The notes under the pieces are model-generated. The model worked only from the letters and a program-made list of their open reading frames with translations. It had not been told where the DNA came from and made no database searches. A stretch of 64,000 bases of DNA from an uncultured Pelagibacteraceae bacterium (GTDB taxonomy: Bacteria > Pseudomonadota > Alphaproteobacteria > Pelagibacterales > Pelagibacteraceae): contig CACJHS010000001.1 in NCBI GenBank assembly GCA_902593235.1, positions 23,162 through 87,161 of the forward strand. Reading direction: 5' to 3'. The translations under genes were made by a program, and so were the position numbers. This document shows, in pieces, positions 50,400-60,825 of the stretch (within the stretch, counting starts at the first letter, position 1; each line of letters opens with the position of its first letter).

Positions 50400-51725
50400 G
50401 TGTCTAAAAATTTATTTCAGATTGCTAAGCAAAAAAAAATTAAATATTTTTTAATCAGTTTTGTAGATTTATTTGGTGTATTAAGATCAAAATTAGTACC
50501 TGCTCATGCAATAAAAGAAATGCAAAATGCAGGAGCTGGTTTTGCTGGATTTGCAGCATGGTTAGATATGACACCTGCTGACTCAGACATGTTTGGAATT
50601 CCAGACCCAGATAGTTTAATTCAACTTCCATGGAATAAAGAAGTTGGATGGTTAGCATCTGATTTATGGATGAATGGCAAACCAGTAGATGCGTCACCTA
50701 GAGTGATGTTAAAAAATCAGATAAAAAAACTTAAAAAACAAAATTTAACAATGAAATCAGGTGTTGAGTGTGAATATTTTTTGATTTCACCTGATGGCAA
50801 TTCAATTGCAGATCCAAGAGATACACAATCCAAACCTTGTTATGACCAATCTGCATTAATGAGAAGGTATGATTTAATTAAGGAAATTTGTGACTGTATG
50901 ATTGAAATGGGATGGGGCCCTTATCAAAACGATCACGAGGATGCTAACGGTCAATTTGAAATGAATTGGGATTATTCAGATTGTCTAAAAACTGCAGATA
51001 GACATACCTTTTTTAAGTTTATGGTAAAAACAATTGCTGAAAAGCACGGATTAAGAGCAACATTTATGCCTAAACCGTTTGGAAATTTAACCGGCAATGG
51101 TTGTCATGCTCACGTATCAGTTTGGCAAGGTAGTAAAAATAAATTCTTGGATAATAAAGATAAACTTGGTTTAAGTAAAATGGCCTATAATTTTTTAGGT
51201 GGAGTAATTAAAAATGCTTCATCTTTATCTGCGTTTTTTAACCCAACAATCAATAGTTACAGAAGAATAAATGCACCACCTACAAAATCTGGAGCATCAT
51301 GGTCACCAAGTAGTATTTCCTACACAGGTAATAATCGAACACACATGATAAGAATCCCTGATCCTGGAAGATTTGAATTAAGATTAATGGATGGTTCTGC
51401 TAATCCTTACTTATTACAAGCAAGTGTTTTAGCAGCTGGTTTATATGGTTTAAAAAATAAAGTTGATCCAGGCAAACCTTTGGATTGCAATATGTATGAA
51501 GATCATCATAAATATCCCAACTTACCTAAACTGCCTGATGAACTTGCACAATCATTAAATTTATTAAAAAATAATTCAGATATGAATGATGCTTTTGGCA
51601 AAGATGTTATTGAGAGTTATATAAAGTTAAGAAGTTCAGAAATGAATGAATTCAAATCAAAAGATAGTTTTGATAAAACAAAAGATGTTACAAAGTGGGA
51701 AAAAGATAATACTTTAGATTGTTAG
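50400..51725 (+). CDS. glnT: Gamma-glutamylmethylamide synthetase (GlnT-type glutamine synthetase family; GmaS)
   Basis: RSKLVPA, GAGFAGFA, KPCYDQSALMR, QNDHEDANGQFEMN, NNRTHMIR; GTG start. Confidence 0.88.
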   Translation: MSKNLFQIAKQKKIKYFLISFVDLFGVLRSKLVPAHAIKEMQNAGAGFAGFAAWLDMTPADSDMFGIPDPDSLIQLPWNKEVGWLASDLWMNGKPVDASPRVMLKNQIKKLKKQNLTMKSGVECEYFLISPDGNSIADPRDTQSKPCYDQSALMRRYDLIKEICDCMIEMGWGPYQNDHEDANGQFEMNWDYSDCLKTADRHTFFKFMVKTIAEKHGLRATFMPKPFGNLTGNGCHAHVSVWQGSKNKFLDNKDKLGLSKMAYNFLGGVIKNASSLSAFFNPTINSYRRINAPPTKSGASWSPSSISYTGNNRTHMIRIPDPGRFELRLMDGSANPYLLQASVLAAGLYGLKNKVDPGKPLDCNMYEDHHKYPNLPKLPDELAQSLNLLKNNSDMNDAFGKDVIESYIKLRSSEMNEFKSKDSFDKTKDVTKWEKDNTLDC

Positions 51726-51728
51726 TAC

Positions 51729-52859
51729 ATGACTATATTATCTAACGGTCATCAATGGAAATATACGGAATTTACAGACAATAAAAATTACTCATTTAAC
51801 AAAAAAGAAATTCTTAATTCTTTAACCTCAGAAGAAATTGATCATGCTTATAAGAGTATTTCTAAGTGGAAAGGTTATTCTCCTACTCCCTTGCTTTCTT
51901 TAAATAAACTTTCAAAAGAATTAAATTTAAACAAAATTTTTTATAAAGATGAAAATAAAAGATTTGATTTAAAATCTTTTAAAGCTTTAGGCGGAGCTTA
52001 TGCGGTAGAAAAAGTAACCAAAGGAAATAAAGATATAGTGGTAGCAACAGCTACTGCTGGCAATCATGGAAGATCAGTTGCCTGGGGTGCTAAAAGATTA
52101 GGTCTAAGCTGTAAAATATTCATTAGTGAATTTGTAAGTGATGCAAGAGGCAAAGCTATGGCCGCACTTGGAGCAGATGTAATAAAAGTAAAAGGTAATT
52201 ATGAAAAATCTTTGATGGAATGCATAAAACAGTCTACTGAAAATAATTGGCAAATAGTTCAGGATGTTGCTTGGAAAGATTATATGGTCGTCCCCAAGTA
52301 TACAATGGCAGGTTATACGGTAATGATGAAGGAGATAAGTAACCAAATCCAGAAGGAGAAAATAACTCACATCATTTTACAGGCTGGTGTTGGTGGCATG
52401 GCTGCTGCCATGGTTGCAGGTATTGCAAGATATTTAAACTATGTTCCAACAATTATAGTTGTTGAACCAGATAGTGCTGCGTGTGTAATGGAAAGCATTA
52501 AAACTGGAAAAATAGAAAAAATAGATATTAAAAGAGAAAGCTTAATGGGTGGTATGTCTTGTGGAGAAGTATCATTAGTCCCATGGGAAATACTCAAAAA
52601 TTCAGTTAAACATTGTATTAGTTTACCGGATGATGATATTGCAAAAACTATGAAACTACTTGGAAATTCAAGCTTTAGTAATGATAAAATAGTTGCAGGA
52701 GAAAATTCAGCACCTGGAGTAATCAGTCTGATTGCAAGTTGTGAAGATCAAGCAATTAAAGAAAAATTAGATCTAAATGAAAAATCTAATGTTTTGGTTT
52801 TTGGTTGTGAGGGGGATACTGATCAAGAAATGTATCAAAAGTTAATTAACCAAAATTAA
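51729..52859 (+). CDS. dpaL: Diaminopropionate ammonia-lyase (PLP-dependent)
   Basis: KDENKRFDLKSFKALGG (PLP Lys), ATAGNHGRSVAWGA, QAGVGG, EGDTD. Confidence 0.85.
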   Translation: MTILSNGHQWKYTEFTDNKNYSFNKKEILNSLTSEEIDHAYKSISKWKGYSPTPLLSLNKLSKELNLNKIFYKDENKRFDLKSFKALGGAYAVEKVTKGNKDIVVATATAGNHGRSVAWGAKRLGLSCKIFISEFVSDARGKAMAALGADVIKVKGNYEKSLMECIKQSTENNWQIVQDVAWKDYMVVPKYTMAGYTVMMKEISNQIQKEKITHIILQAGVGGMAAAMVAGIARYLNYVPTIIVVEPDSAACVMESIKTGKIEKIDIKRESLMGGMSCGEVSLVPWEILKNSVKHCISLPDDDIAKTMKLLGNSSFSNDKIVAGENSAPGVISLIASCEDQAIKEKLDLNEKSNVLVFGCEGDTDQEMYQKLINQN

Positions 52860-52863
52860 ATCA

Positions 52864-54285
52864 ATGAGTAGCACAGGTATTTTTTGGATAAGAGAGGATT
52901 TTAGAATTGAAAATAATCCCGCTTTGTCTTTTGCAACACAAAATCATGATAATGTAATTGCATTATATATTTATAATAATAATGATTTTGACAACAAAAG
53001 AGAAGCTCAAAAATGGTGGGTTTATAAATCTCTAGAAACTTTAAAAAAAGAATTGTCAGATTATAAAATTAATCTTGAAATAGTAAAAGGCGATGAATTA
53101 GAAATTTTTTCTAAATTTAATAAAAAGGATAAGCTTTCAGTTTATTGGAATAAAATTTATGAGCCAGATGTTATAGCTAAAGGAAAAAAAATACGTGACC
53201 TATTTATTAAAAATAAAATCAATTATAAATATTTCAAAGGAAATATTTTAAATGAATTTCAAGAGATAACAAAAAATGATGGAACTCCCTTTAAAGTGTT
53301 TACCCCTTTCTGGAGAAATGCGGAGCAAGTTTATTTAAATCAACCACCAAGCAAAAACTATATTGTTAAAAAGAAAATAAAAAAGATTACAATTTTTAAA
53401 AAGTGTATTGAACCAATAGATATTTTACCAAAAAAAAATTGGTATAAAAAATTTGAAAAATACTGGAAAGTTTCAGAAAATGACTCAAAAAAAATATTAA
53501 AAAATTTAATTGAAAATAAAATTAAGGATTATGGAACTTCAAGAGATATACCATCTATCGAAGGAACCTCTAAATTATCTCCTTACATCAAACATGGCCA
53601 AATTCATGTAGGCAGTATTTGGAAAAAATGTTCTGAAATTAAATCAAAAGGAATTGGTTATAGAAAATATATTAATGAGCTTGGTTGGCGAGAGTTTTCG
53701 CATAGTTTAATTAATTATTTCCCTGAATTCTTAAAAGGAAATTTCAGAAAAGAATTTGATAAATTCCCTTGGGCAAAAAATGAGAAATTCTTAAAAGCAT
53801 GGAAAAGAGGAATGACCGGTTATCCTATTGTCGATGCAGGTATGAGAGAATTATATGAGACTGGGTGGATGCATAATAGAATAAGAATGGTTGTTGGTTC
53901 ATTTTTAGTCAAACATTTGAGAATTAATTGGAATGAAGGTGAGAAGCATTTTAGAAACTGTCTACTAGATTTTAACAAAGCAAATAATGTTGCTCAATGG
54001 CAATGGGTTGCTGGTTGTGGTGCAGATGCAGCACCCTACTTTAGAATATTCAATCCAATACTTCAGGGTGAAAAATTTGATAAAGAAGGCATTTATGTAA
54101 AAAAATGGGTTCCAGAACTCAAAAATGTCCCAAATAAGTATATTCATAAACCATGGGAAATGGAATTAAAGTATCAAGAAGCTATAAAAACAATTATTGG
54201 TAAAGACTATCCCGGTCCTATTGTAGTTCATGAAAAAGCAAGAGCTGCAGCACTTGAAGCGTTTCAATCTTTGAAGAAAAAATAA
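52864..54285 (+). CDS. phrB: Deoxyribodipyrimidine photolyase (class I CPD)
   Basis: TSKLSPY, ELGWREF, TGYPIVDAGMREL, GWMHNR, WQWVAGCGADAAPYFRIFNP. Confidence 0.93.
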   Translation: MSSTGIFWIREDFRIENNPALSFATQNHDNVIALYIYNNNDFDNKREAQKWWVYKSLETLKKELSDYKINLEIVKGDELEIFSKFNKKDKLSVYWNKIYEPDVIAKGKKIRDLFIKNKINYKYFKGNILNEFQEITKNDGTPFKVFTPFWRNAEQVYLNQPPSKNYIVKKKIKKITIFKKCIEPIDILPKKNWYKKFEKYWKVSENDSKKILKNLIENKIKDYGTSRDIPSIEGTSKLSPYIKHGQIHVGSIWKKCSEIKSKGIGYRKYINELGWREFSHSLINYFPEFLKGNFRKEFDKFPWAKNEKFLKAWKRGMTGYPIVDAGMRELYETGWMHNRIRMVVGSFLVKHLRINWNEGEKHFRNCLLDFNKANNVAQWQWVAGCGADAAPYFRIFNPILQGEKFDKEGIYVKKWVPELKNVPNKYIHKPWEMELKYQEAIKTIIGKDYPGPIVVHEKARAAALEAFQSLKKK

Positions 54286-54293
54286 ATTTAATT

Positions 54294-54713
54294 TTATTCT
54301 CCAACAAAATGATGAATTATAGATCTTTTTTGAACCTCTAATCTGTGTTCAAATAAATATATGCCCTGCCAAGTTCCAAGCATTAATTCACTATCTTTCA
54401 CGCTTAGAGAAATTTGATTATTTGTTAATGCAGATTTAATGTGTGCAGGCATATCATCTTTTCCCTCTGTAGTATGAACATATAGTTTATTATCCATAGG
54501 GGCTAATTTATCAAAATAATTTATTAAATCTGTTTGTACATCTGGATCTGCATTTTCTTGTACAATTAATGAGGCGCTTGTGTGCTGTATACTTAAATTA
54601 AGAATACCATTTTTAAAGTTATTTTGACTAATCCATTGGATTGTATCATTAGTAAACTCATATAACTTTTGACCGCTAGTATTAATTTGAAGATTATAGA
54701 ATTCTTGTTTCAT
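54294..54713 (-). CDS. YjbQ/UPF0047 family protein
   Basis: HTSASL, QENADPDV, DMPAHIK, LGTWQGIYLFEH. Confidence 0.92.
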   Translation of the reverse strand: MKQEFYNLQINTSGQKLYEFTNDTIQWISQNNFKNGILNLSIQHTSASLIVQENADPDVQTDLINYFDKLAPMDNKLYVHTTEGKDDMPAHIKSALTNNQISLSVKDSELMLGTWQGIYLFEHRLEVQKRSIIHHFVGE

Positions 54714-55768
54714 TAATTATACTCCTTTGATGTAAGCTCATACAAACGACTAATAGTACGTTTGAATGGTTTTTCTAACAATCTTGAGGAGGTAAGTTGA
54801 TCTAAATTCATATCTGCTGTGACTGCTAATGAAATATTTTTATCATAAATCACATCTAACAAAGTGATAAAACGCTGTTGTTGGTTTGAATTCACATCAT
54901 TAAATTTGGGTATCTGATCAATTACCATAAATTTACAATTTTTAATTATCTCTAAATAGTCTTCGGCACCTAAATTTTGATCACATAATTCATTAAATTT
55001 TATTCTTACTATGCCTTCATAAAAATTTTCCATTTTAAAATCTCTACCTTTTACATTAATTGAAATTGTAGATTTTATTTTATTTTTGGTAATTTTTCTA
55101 AAAAATTTATTAATTTTAAAGTTAGTTTCTTGGTTTAAGGGATAAAAATATCTTTGCTGTTTATGGTCTTTTGATTTTCTGTAATCATCTTCAATTTTAA
55201 GTTCATGCTCCATAGATTGTCCCTGCATTATCTTAATAAATGGAATAAATTGATCTCTTTGAAGTCCGTCTTTATAAAGTTCTGATATTTTAGTATTAGA
55301 GGTTACAATTATTTTGATATCCTCTTTAAATATTTCATCAAATAATTTTCCTAAAATCATAGCATCTACAATATTAGTAACTTGAAATTCATCGAAAAAA
55401 ATTAAAGAGGCTTTAGATTTTAAATCTTTTACAAACTGATTGATTATGTTTTCTTCATTTTTTTCTTTTCTTTCATGAGCAAAATTATGAAAATTTAGCA
55501 TAAATTCGTTAAAATGTTTTCTTAATTTTTTTTTGTCTAGTTGATCGAAAAAAAAATTTAAAATCATAGTCTTTCCAACTCCAACATCTCCGTAAAGATA
55601 AAATCCTTTTTGAGATAATTTTTTTGAAAATAATTTTGAAAAAAAAGATTTAAAATTAATTTGGTAATATTCTTCTAATTTTTTTATAACATTTATTTGA
55701 TTTATATTTACTTCTAAATCTTGATCTTCACAAAAAGATTTAAATTCTTTTTCTAATGATTTGATCAT
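54713..55768 (-). CDS. zapE: AFG1/ZapE family ATPase
   Basis: YGDVGVGKT, FDEFQVT, TSN, LYKDGLQR, RFITLLD, RTISRL. Confidence 0.92.
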   Translation of the reverse strand: MIKSLEKEFKSFCEDQDLEVNINQINVIKKLEEYYQINFKSFFSKLFSKKLSQKGFYLYGDVGVGKTMILNFFFDQLDKKKLRKHFNEFMLNFHNFAHERKEKNEENIINQFVKDLKSKASLIFFDEFQVTNIVDAMILGKLFDEIFKEDIKIIVTSNTKISELYKDGLQRDQFIPFIKIMQGQSMEHELKIEDDYRKSKDHKQQRYFYPLNQETNFKINKFFRKITKNKIKSTISINVKGRDFKMENFYEGIVRIKFNELCDQNLGAEDYLEIIKNCKFMVIDQIPKFNDVNSNQQQRFITLLDVIYDKNISLAVTADMNLDQLTSSRLLEKPFKRTISRLYELTSKEYN

Positions 55769-56199
55769 TAATTTCTTTTGGTTTTAAAATCGATACCGTA
55801 TTCGGATCGCGGTCCCTTTCTTAATCCAAAAGGACCAGGGATAAAAATAGTCATTGGATTTGTTCCTTTTTCAAGGTCTACTCTGTGAAAATCGTTAGCA
55901 GATCTGAAACCAATATAGCCAGGTTTTCTCCAAAACTTTCCTGCTTTTGTTGTCTCCCAGTATCCTCCCCTTAAAATAATAGTTATATAAGGGCATAAAT
56001 GATTATGAACTCCATCACCGTGATCATCATCAAGCATCTCATGTATCAGTATATTGAATGGAAACCATTTAGGCCTATTTCTAAATAGAACATAATATCT
56101 ATTCATCCATGGTTTTGCTTCTTGAAATTTAGGGTGTGATGGTCCTCTATCTAATACTATTTTTTTTCTACCTAATTTCTCCAGAAATTTGAGTATCAT
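55768..56199 (-). CDS. Hypothetical cupin-like protein
   Basis: HNHLCPYITIILRGGYWE ... FHRVDL resembles two-motif cupin metal ligands. Confidence 0.6.
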   Translation of the reverse strand: MILKFLEKLGRKKIVLDRGPSHPKFQEAKPWMNRYYVLFRNRPKWFPFNILIHEMLDDDHGDGVHNHLCPYITIILRGGYWETTKAGKFWRKPGYIGFRSANDFHRVDLEKGTNPMTIFIPGPFGLRKGPRSEYGIDFKTKRN

Positions 56200-57515
56200 T
56201 AATTTAGTTTAATTATTGAATTATCTTTAACAACAAATAATGAATCGTTCATAACTGCAGGTCTCAATATCTTTTCACCATCAATTTTTATGGCAGATAC
56301 AATTTTCCCTGATGAATTGTCAACTACTAGCAATCTACCATTATCAGTTGAAAGATAAACACTATCTAATCCTACAATGAAACCTGTTGGTTTAATTAAG
56401 TTTCTTTTTTTTGTTTTAAAATTATCGAAAACATCAGTAATTCTAATAATATTTCCGTTTTTTCTATCAATTAAAATAAGATAACCTTCTATTGAAACTG
56501 TAAATATAATATTTTCTATAATTGTCGGCTTCAAGTTAGAATTAACTTTTGTTTTCCAATTTAAGCTTCCTGTGCTCAAGTCAATTGAATAAAACTGATT
56601 TTTATTATTTGAGAAATATAAGGACTTACCATCAGTAACAATCTCAGAGGTTTCCAAAGAGAAAGCCGACTCATAAACTAAACTATTTTGAGTTGGAAAC
56701 TGCCACAATAGTTCTCCATTATTAAGATTAACAGAACTTATATCTCCATTAGAGTTGTTAAAAAAGATAACGTTATCTACTATAACAATTGACAATTTTT
56801 TTTGTGATCTAATTAAAGAATTTTGGGTTCTTACATTCCATAACTCATTACCATTTTTTAAAGAGAAACATCTCAGTGTGTTATCAAAATCAATAATAAA
56901 AAATTTATCTTTAAAAATTTTAATTTGTGAATTAAATGGTGCTGAATTATTCTTTGACCATATTAATTCACCATTCTCTTTATCTAACATAAAATATTTA
57001 GCTAGATTATCAGCCACAATTAAATATTTATCATTGCTTGCAAATTGTAAAACTGGATTTAGTTTTTTTTCTTGTTTCAAATAAAAATTTTTTTTCCAAA
57101 CTAATTTTGAATTTTCATTAAACTTTAAAATAGTTCCTTTGTTTTCAAAAAAAATTAAATTACTTTCATCAAAGATTAATTCAGGTTCATACTGATAGAA
57201 ATTTTTAATTTTAGAAAATTTATATCTTGAGGTACGTTTTAATTCCCCTGAAAAGTTGACCAATCCTGAATTATTTAAGTTAATATTATTTTTATAATTA
57301 GAAGCTGAATTACTGTTTATTTTAATTTTAAGATTTTTATTAAATTCTTTTTTTACTATTATTTCTTTTTTAAAAATTTCTTGCTTTTTAACTTTATTAT
57401 TTAAGTTATTGTTATCCTTAGTGACTTCCTTTGATTTCGTCCAAAACTTAGATTGAGAATTTAATGAACAAGCTGAAATAATAATAAAAATAAATAAAAA
57501 TATTAATTTATTCAC
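56199..57515 (-). CDS. PQQ-like beta-propeller lipoprotein (BamB-like)
   Basis: Lipobox ISAC; repeats xNGELIW/NGNELW/NGELLW/TGSLNW; follows a YfgM-like gene. Confidence 0.8.
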   Translation of the reverse strand: MNKLIFLFIFIIISACSLNSQSKFWTKSKEVTKDNNNLNNKVKKQEIFKKEIIVKKEFNKNLKIKINSNSASNYKNNINLNNSGLVNFSGELKRTSRYKFSKIKNFYQYEPELIFDESNLIFFENKGTILKFNENSKLVWKKNFYLKQEKKLNPVLQFASNDKYLIVADNLAKYFMLDKENGELIWSKNNSAPFNSQIKIFKDKFFIIDFDNTLRCFSLKNGNELWNVRTQNSLIRSQKKLSIVIVDNVIFFNNSNGDISSVNLNNGELLWQFPTQNSLVYESAFSLETSEIVTDGKSLYFSNNKNQFYSIDLSTGSLNWKTKVNSNLKPTIIENIIFTVSIEGYLILIDRKNGNIIRITDVFDNFKTKKRNLIKPTGFIVGLDSVYLSTDNGRLLVVDNSSGKIVSAIKIDGEKILRPAVMNDSLFVVKDNSIIKLN

Positions 57516-58152
57516 CTAGATCTCTTTTTAATCTTTTTTGTACTTGAGTAATTATCTCTTGATTTGCATTTTCTAAATTAACTATTTGATTATAAAATTC
57601 TTTAGATTTTTGTTTTTGATCTTTTGCATAAAAATATTCAGCTAACAAATATAAAGCATGGCTCTGCCAAACACTTTTTGAATTAATTAGAGGTTTTAGG
57701 ATTTCTAAAAGATCTCCCTCTTGCATATTGTCGGCATTAAATAGAGCTTTTTTATATATAATTAAATTTTTAATTTCACTTTCTAATGAGGTATCTTTTA
57801 TTAATACATCAAATAATGAATTAATTTTTGACTGTTCGATAATTATATTATTATCAATTATAAAATAAAGTGATAGAGGTGAATAAGTTGGATCTTTCTT
57901 GTTTATAATTTCAATCAGATTACTAGCTGTTTTTTCTTTTGTTTTTTCTGAATAATCAATGATTATTGAATTATAACTATCTGAGATATCTTTTTTTTTA
58001 TTAAATAAATATTTATCGTAACTAAAAACACCTGCTGTAATTAGTATTAAAATAATTATACCTGAAATTATTTTATTTTTATTATTTACAAAAAAATTTT
58101 TAATTTTTTCATTTCTAGTATTGGCATTTATAATTGATAAATCTTCGTCCAT
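57508..58152 (-). CDS. YfgM-like TPR membrane-anchored protein
   Basis: N-terminal TM after KIKNFF; helical C-terminus; upstream of the BamB-like gene. Confidence 0.7.
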   Translation of the reverse strand: MDEDLSIINANTRNEKIKNFFVNNKNKIISGIIILILITAGVFSYDKYLFNKKKDISDSYNSIIIDYSEKTKEKTASNLIEIINKKDPTYSPLSLYFIIDNNIIIEQSKINSLFDVLIKDTSLESEIKNLIIYKKALFNADNMQEGDLLEILKPLINSKSVWQSHALYLLAEYFYAKDQKQKSKEFYNQIVNLENANQEIITQVQKRLKRDLGE

Positions 58153-58154
58153 AA

Positions 58155-60824
58155 CTAAATCATATTCCTTAAAACGTACTGCAAAATACCTCCGTTTTTA
58201 TAATACTCTAATTCATTTTTTGTATCAATTCTGCATAAAGTTTTAATTTTCTTTATTTCGCCAGAAGCATATTTAATTTCAACTGTCACTTCATCTGAGG
58301 GATTAACACCCTTTTCTATATGTAGAATGCTAATTAATTCAGAACCAATTAATTTTAGATTTTTTCTATTTACATCGTCGATAAATTGTAATGGCAATAT
58401 TCCCATTCCAATTAAATTAGATCGATGAATTCTTTCAAAGCTTTCAGCAATTACTGCTTTTATGCCTAGTAATTTAGTTCCTTTAGCTGCCCAATCTCTA
58501 GATGATCCAGTTCCATACTCTTTTCCACCAATTACGACTAAATCTGTTCCTCTTTTCTTATATTCAACTACTGCATCATAGACTGGAAGAACTTTTTCTT
58601 CTGGATACAACTTTGTAAAACCGCCTTCTGTACCAGGAGCCATTTCATTTCTAATTCTTATATTTGCAAAAGTTCCTCGCATCATAACTTCATGATTACC
58701 TCTTCTTGAACCATATGAGTTATAATCTTTAGGTAAAATTTGATGTTCCATGAAATATTCACCAGTTGGACTATCTTTTTGAATACTGCCAGCTGGTGAT
58801 ATATGATCAGTAGTAACCATATCACCTAAAATTAATAAAGGTCTTGCATCCTTAATTTCTTTAAATCCTTCTGGTTTATCTGGTAATGAGTCGAAAAACG
58901 GAGGTTTTTTTACATATGTTGATCCCTCATCCCAATTATAGATACTACTTTTATCAGTTTTAATTTTTTGCCATTGAGTTGGACCCTCAGAAACATTTGA
59001 GTATCTTTGAATAAACATCTCGGCATTAAGTGAATCTTTTAAAGTGTCTTCTATCTCTTTATTTGAAGGCCAAATATCTTTTAAAAATACATCTTTTCCT
59101 TCTTTATCTTTTCCTAATGGATCTTTGTATAAATCAACTTCCATATGTCCAGCTATTGCATATGCAACAACAAGAGGAGGTGAGGCCAGATAGTTTGCTT
59201 TTATATGTGGAGAAATTCTCCCCTCAAAATTTCTATTACCAGATAAAACTGAAACAGCATAAATATTTTCTTTTTGAATAGCTTCTACAATATTTTCTGG
59301 AAGTGGTCCTGAATTTCCAATACAAGTTGTGCAGCCATACCCAACTAAATTAAAGCCAAGCTGATCTAAATAAGTATTTAATCCAGCTTTTGCCAGATAA
59401 TCTGTAACTACTTGAGATCCAGGTGCTAAAGAAGTTTTTACCCAAGGTTTCACCTGCAAACCTTTTTCAATAGCTTTTTTAGCTAATAGACCAGCCCCAA
59501 TTAGAACATTGGGATTAGAAGTATTCGTACATGAAGTTATTGCTGCAATTAATATTGAGCCATCTTTAATTTCATAATCTGTATTTGTTACTTTTGAAAT
59601 TGATTTTTCATTTTTATTTGTAGCTTCCTGCAATACTTTTTGAAACGAACCAGGAGCATCTGTTAAAAGAACTTTGTCTTGAGGTCTTTTAGGTCCTGAA
59701 ATAGTTGGTACAACTGTGGACATATCTAAAGATATAATGTCAGTAAATTCTATTTCGTTACTCGCCCATAGACCTTGTTCCTTGGCATAATTTTCTACAA
59801 TATCAACAGTTTGTTGATCTCTTCCAGAAAATTTTAAATACTTTAATGTTTCTTCATCTATAGGAAAAAAACCACATGTAGCACCATATTCTGGTGCCAT
59901 GTTTGCAATTGTAGCTCTATCCGCAAGAGTTAAATTTTTTAAACCCTCTCCATAAAATTCAACAAACTTACCGACAACTCCTTTATCTCTTAACATTTTA
60001 ACAACAGTTAAAACTAAATCAGTTGCAGTGGTACCTTCTGGCATTTTGTTTTTCATTTCAAAACCAATAACTTCTGGTATCAACATAGAAATCGGTTGAC
60101 CTAACATTCCTGCTTCAGCTTCAATTCCTCCAACACCCCATCCTAAAACAGATAATCCATTTACCATTGTTGTATGACTATCTGTTCCAACTAAAGTATC
60201 TGGAAAAAGATATTGTTCTCCTTTAAATTCTTCTAACCAAACAACTTTTGATAAATATTCTAGATTTACTTGGTGACAAATTCCTGTTCCTGGTGGAACT
60301 ATTCTAAAATTATCAAATGCCTGTTGTCCCCATTTTAAAAAAGAATATCTTTCACTATTTCTCTCAAATTCTATGTCGACATTTTTTTCAAAAGAATCTG
60401 CTTTTGCTGACTGGTCGACTTGTACTGAGTGATCAATTACAAAATCAACTGCAGACAATGGATTGATTGTATTTGGATCTTTATTTTTTTCTTTAACTGC
60501 TTCTCTCATGGCAGCTAAATCTGCAACCGCAGGTATTCCTGTATAATCTTGAAGCAAAACTCTTGCTGGTCGATATGCAATCTCAGTTTTAGATTTTTTT
60601 GTCTTTAACCAATTTTTAATCGCTTCTAATTGAGATTTTGTGACACTTAACTCGTCTTCGTATCTTAATAAATTTTCTAGTAAAACTTTAAGAGATTTTG
60701 GAAGTTTATTTATTCCTTCAAGTCCATTTTTTTCCGCTACATTTAATGAGTAATAATTATACTCTTTGTCGTTAACTGTTATTTTTTTTAGTGATTTATA
60801 AGAATTTTTATTTCCTGGGGTCAT
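58155..60824 (-). CDS. acnA: Aconitate hydratase A
   Basis: QDYTG, DHSVQVD, GTDSHT, ITSCTNTSNP, GYGCTTCIGNSG, GSSRDWAAKG. Confidence 0.98.
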   Translation of the reverse strand: MTPGNKNSYKSLKKITVNDKEYNYYSLNVAEKNGLEGINKLPKSLKVLLENLLRYEDELSVTKSQLEAIKNWLKTKKSKTEIAYRPARVLLQDYTGIPAVADLAAMREAVKEKNKDPNTINPLSAVDFVIDHSVQVDQSAKADSFEKNVDIEFERNSERYSFLKWGQQAFDNFRIVPPGTGICHQVNLEYLSKVVWLEEFKGEQYLFPDTLVGTDSHTTMVNGLSVLGWGVGGIEAEAGMLGQPISMLIPEVIGFEMKNKMPEGTTATDLVLTVVKMLRDKGVVGKFVEFYGEGLKNLTLADRATIANMAPEYGATCGFFPIDEETLKYLKFSGRDQQTVDIVENYAKEQGLWASNEIEFTDIISLDMSTVVPTISGPKRPQDKVLLTDAPGSFQKVLQEATNKNEKSISKVTNTDYEIKDGSILIAAITSCTNTSNPNVLIGAGLLAKKAIEKGLQVKPWVKTSLAPGSQVVTDYLAKAGLNTYLDQLGFNLVGYGCTTCIGNSGPLPENIVEAIQKENIYAVSVLSGNRNFEGRISPHIKANYLASPPLVVAYAIAGHMEVDLYKDPLGKDKEGKDVFLKDIWPSNKEIEDTLKDSLNAEMFIQRYSNVSEGPTQWQKIKTDKSSIYNWDEGSTYVKKPPFFDSLPDKPEGFKEIKDARPLLILGDMVTTDHISPAGSIQKDSPTGEYFMEHQILPKDYNSYGSRRGNHEVMMRGTFANIRIRNEMAPGTEGGFTKLYPEEKVLPVYDAVVEYKKRGTDLVVIGGKEYGTGSSRDWAAKGTKLLGIKAVIAESFERIHRSNLIGMGILPLQFIDDVNRKNLKLIGSELISILHIEKGVNPSDEVTVEIKYASGEIKKIKTLCRIDTKNELEYYKNGGILQYVLRNMI

Positions 60825-60825
60825 A

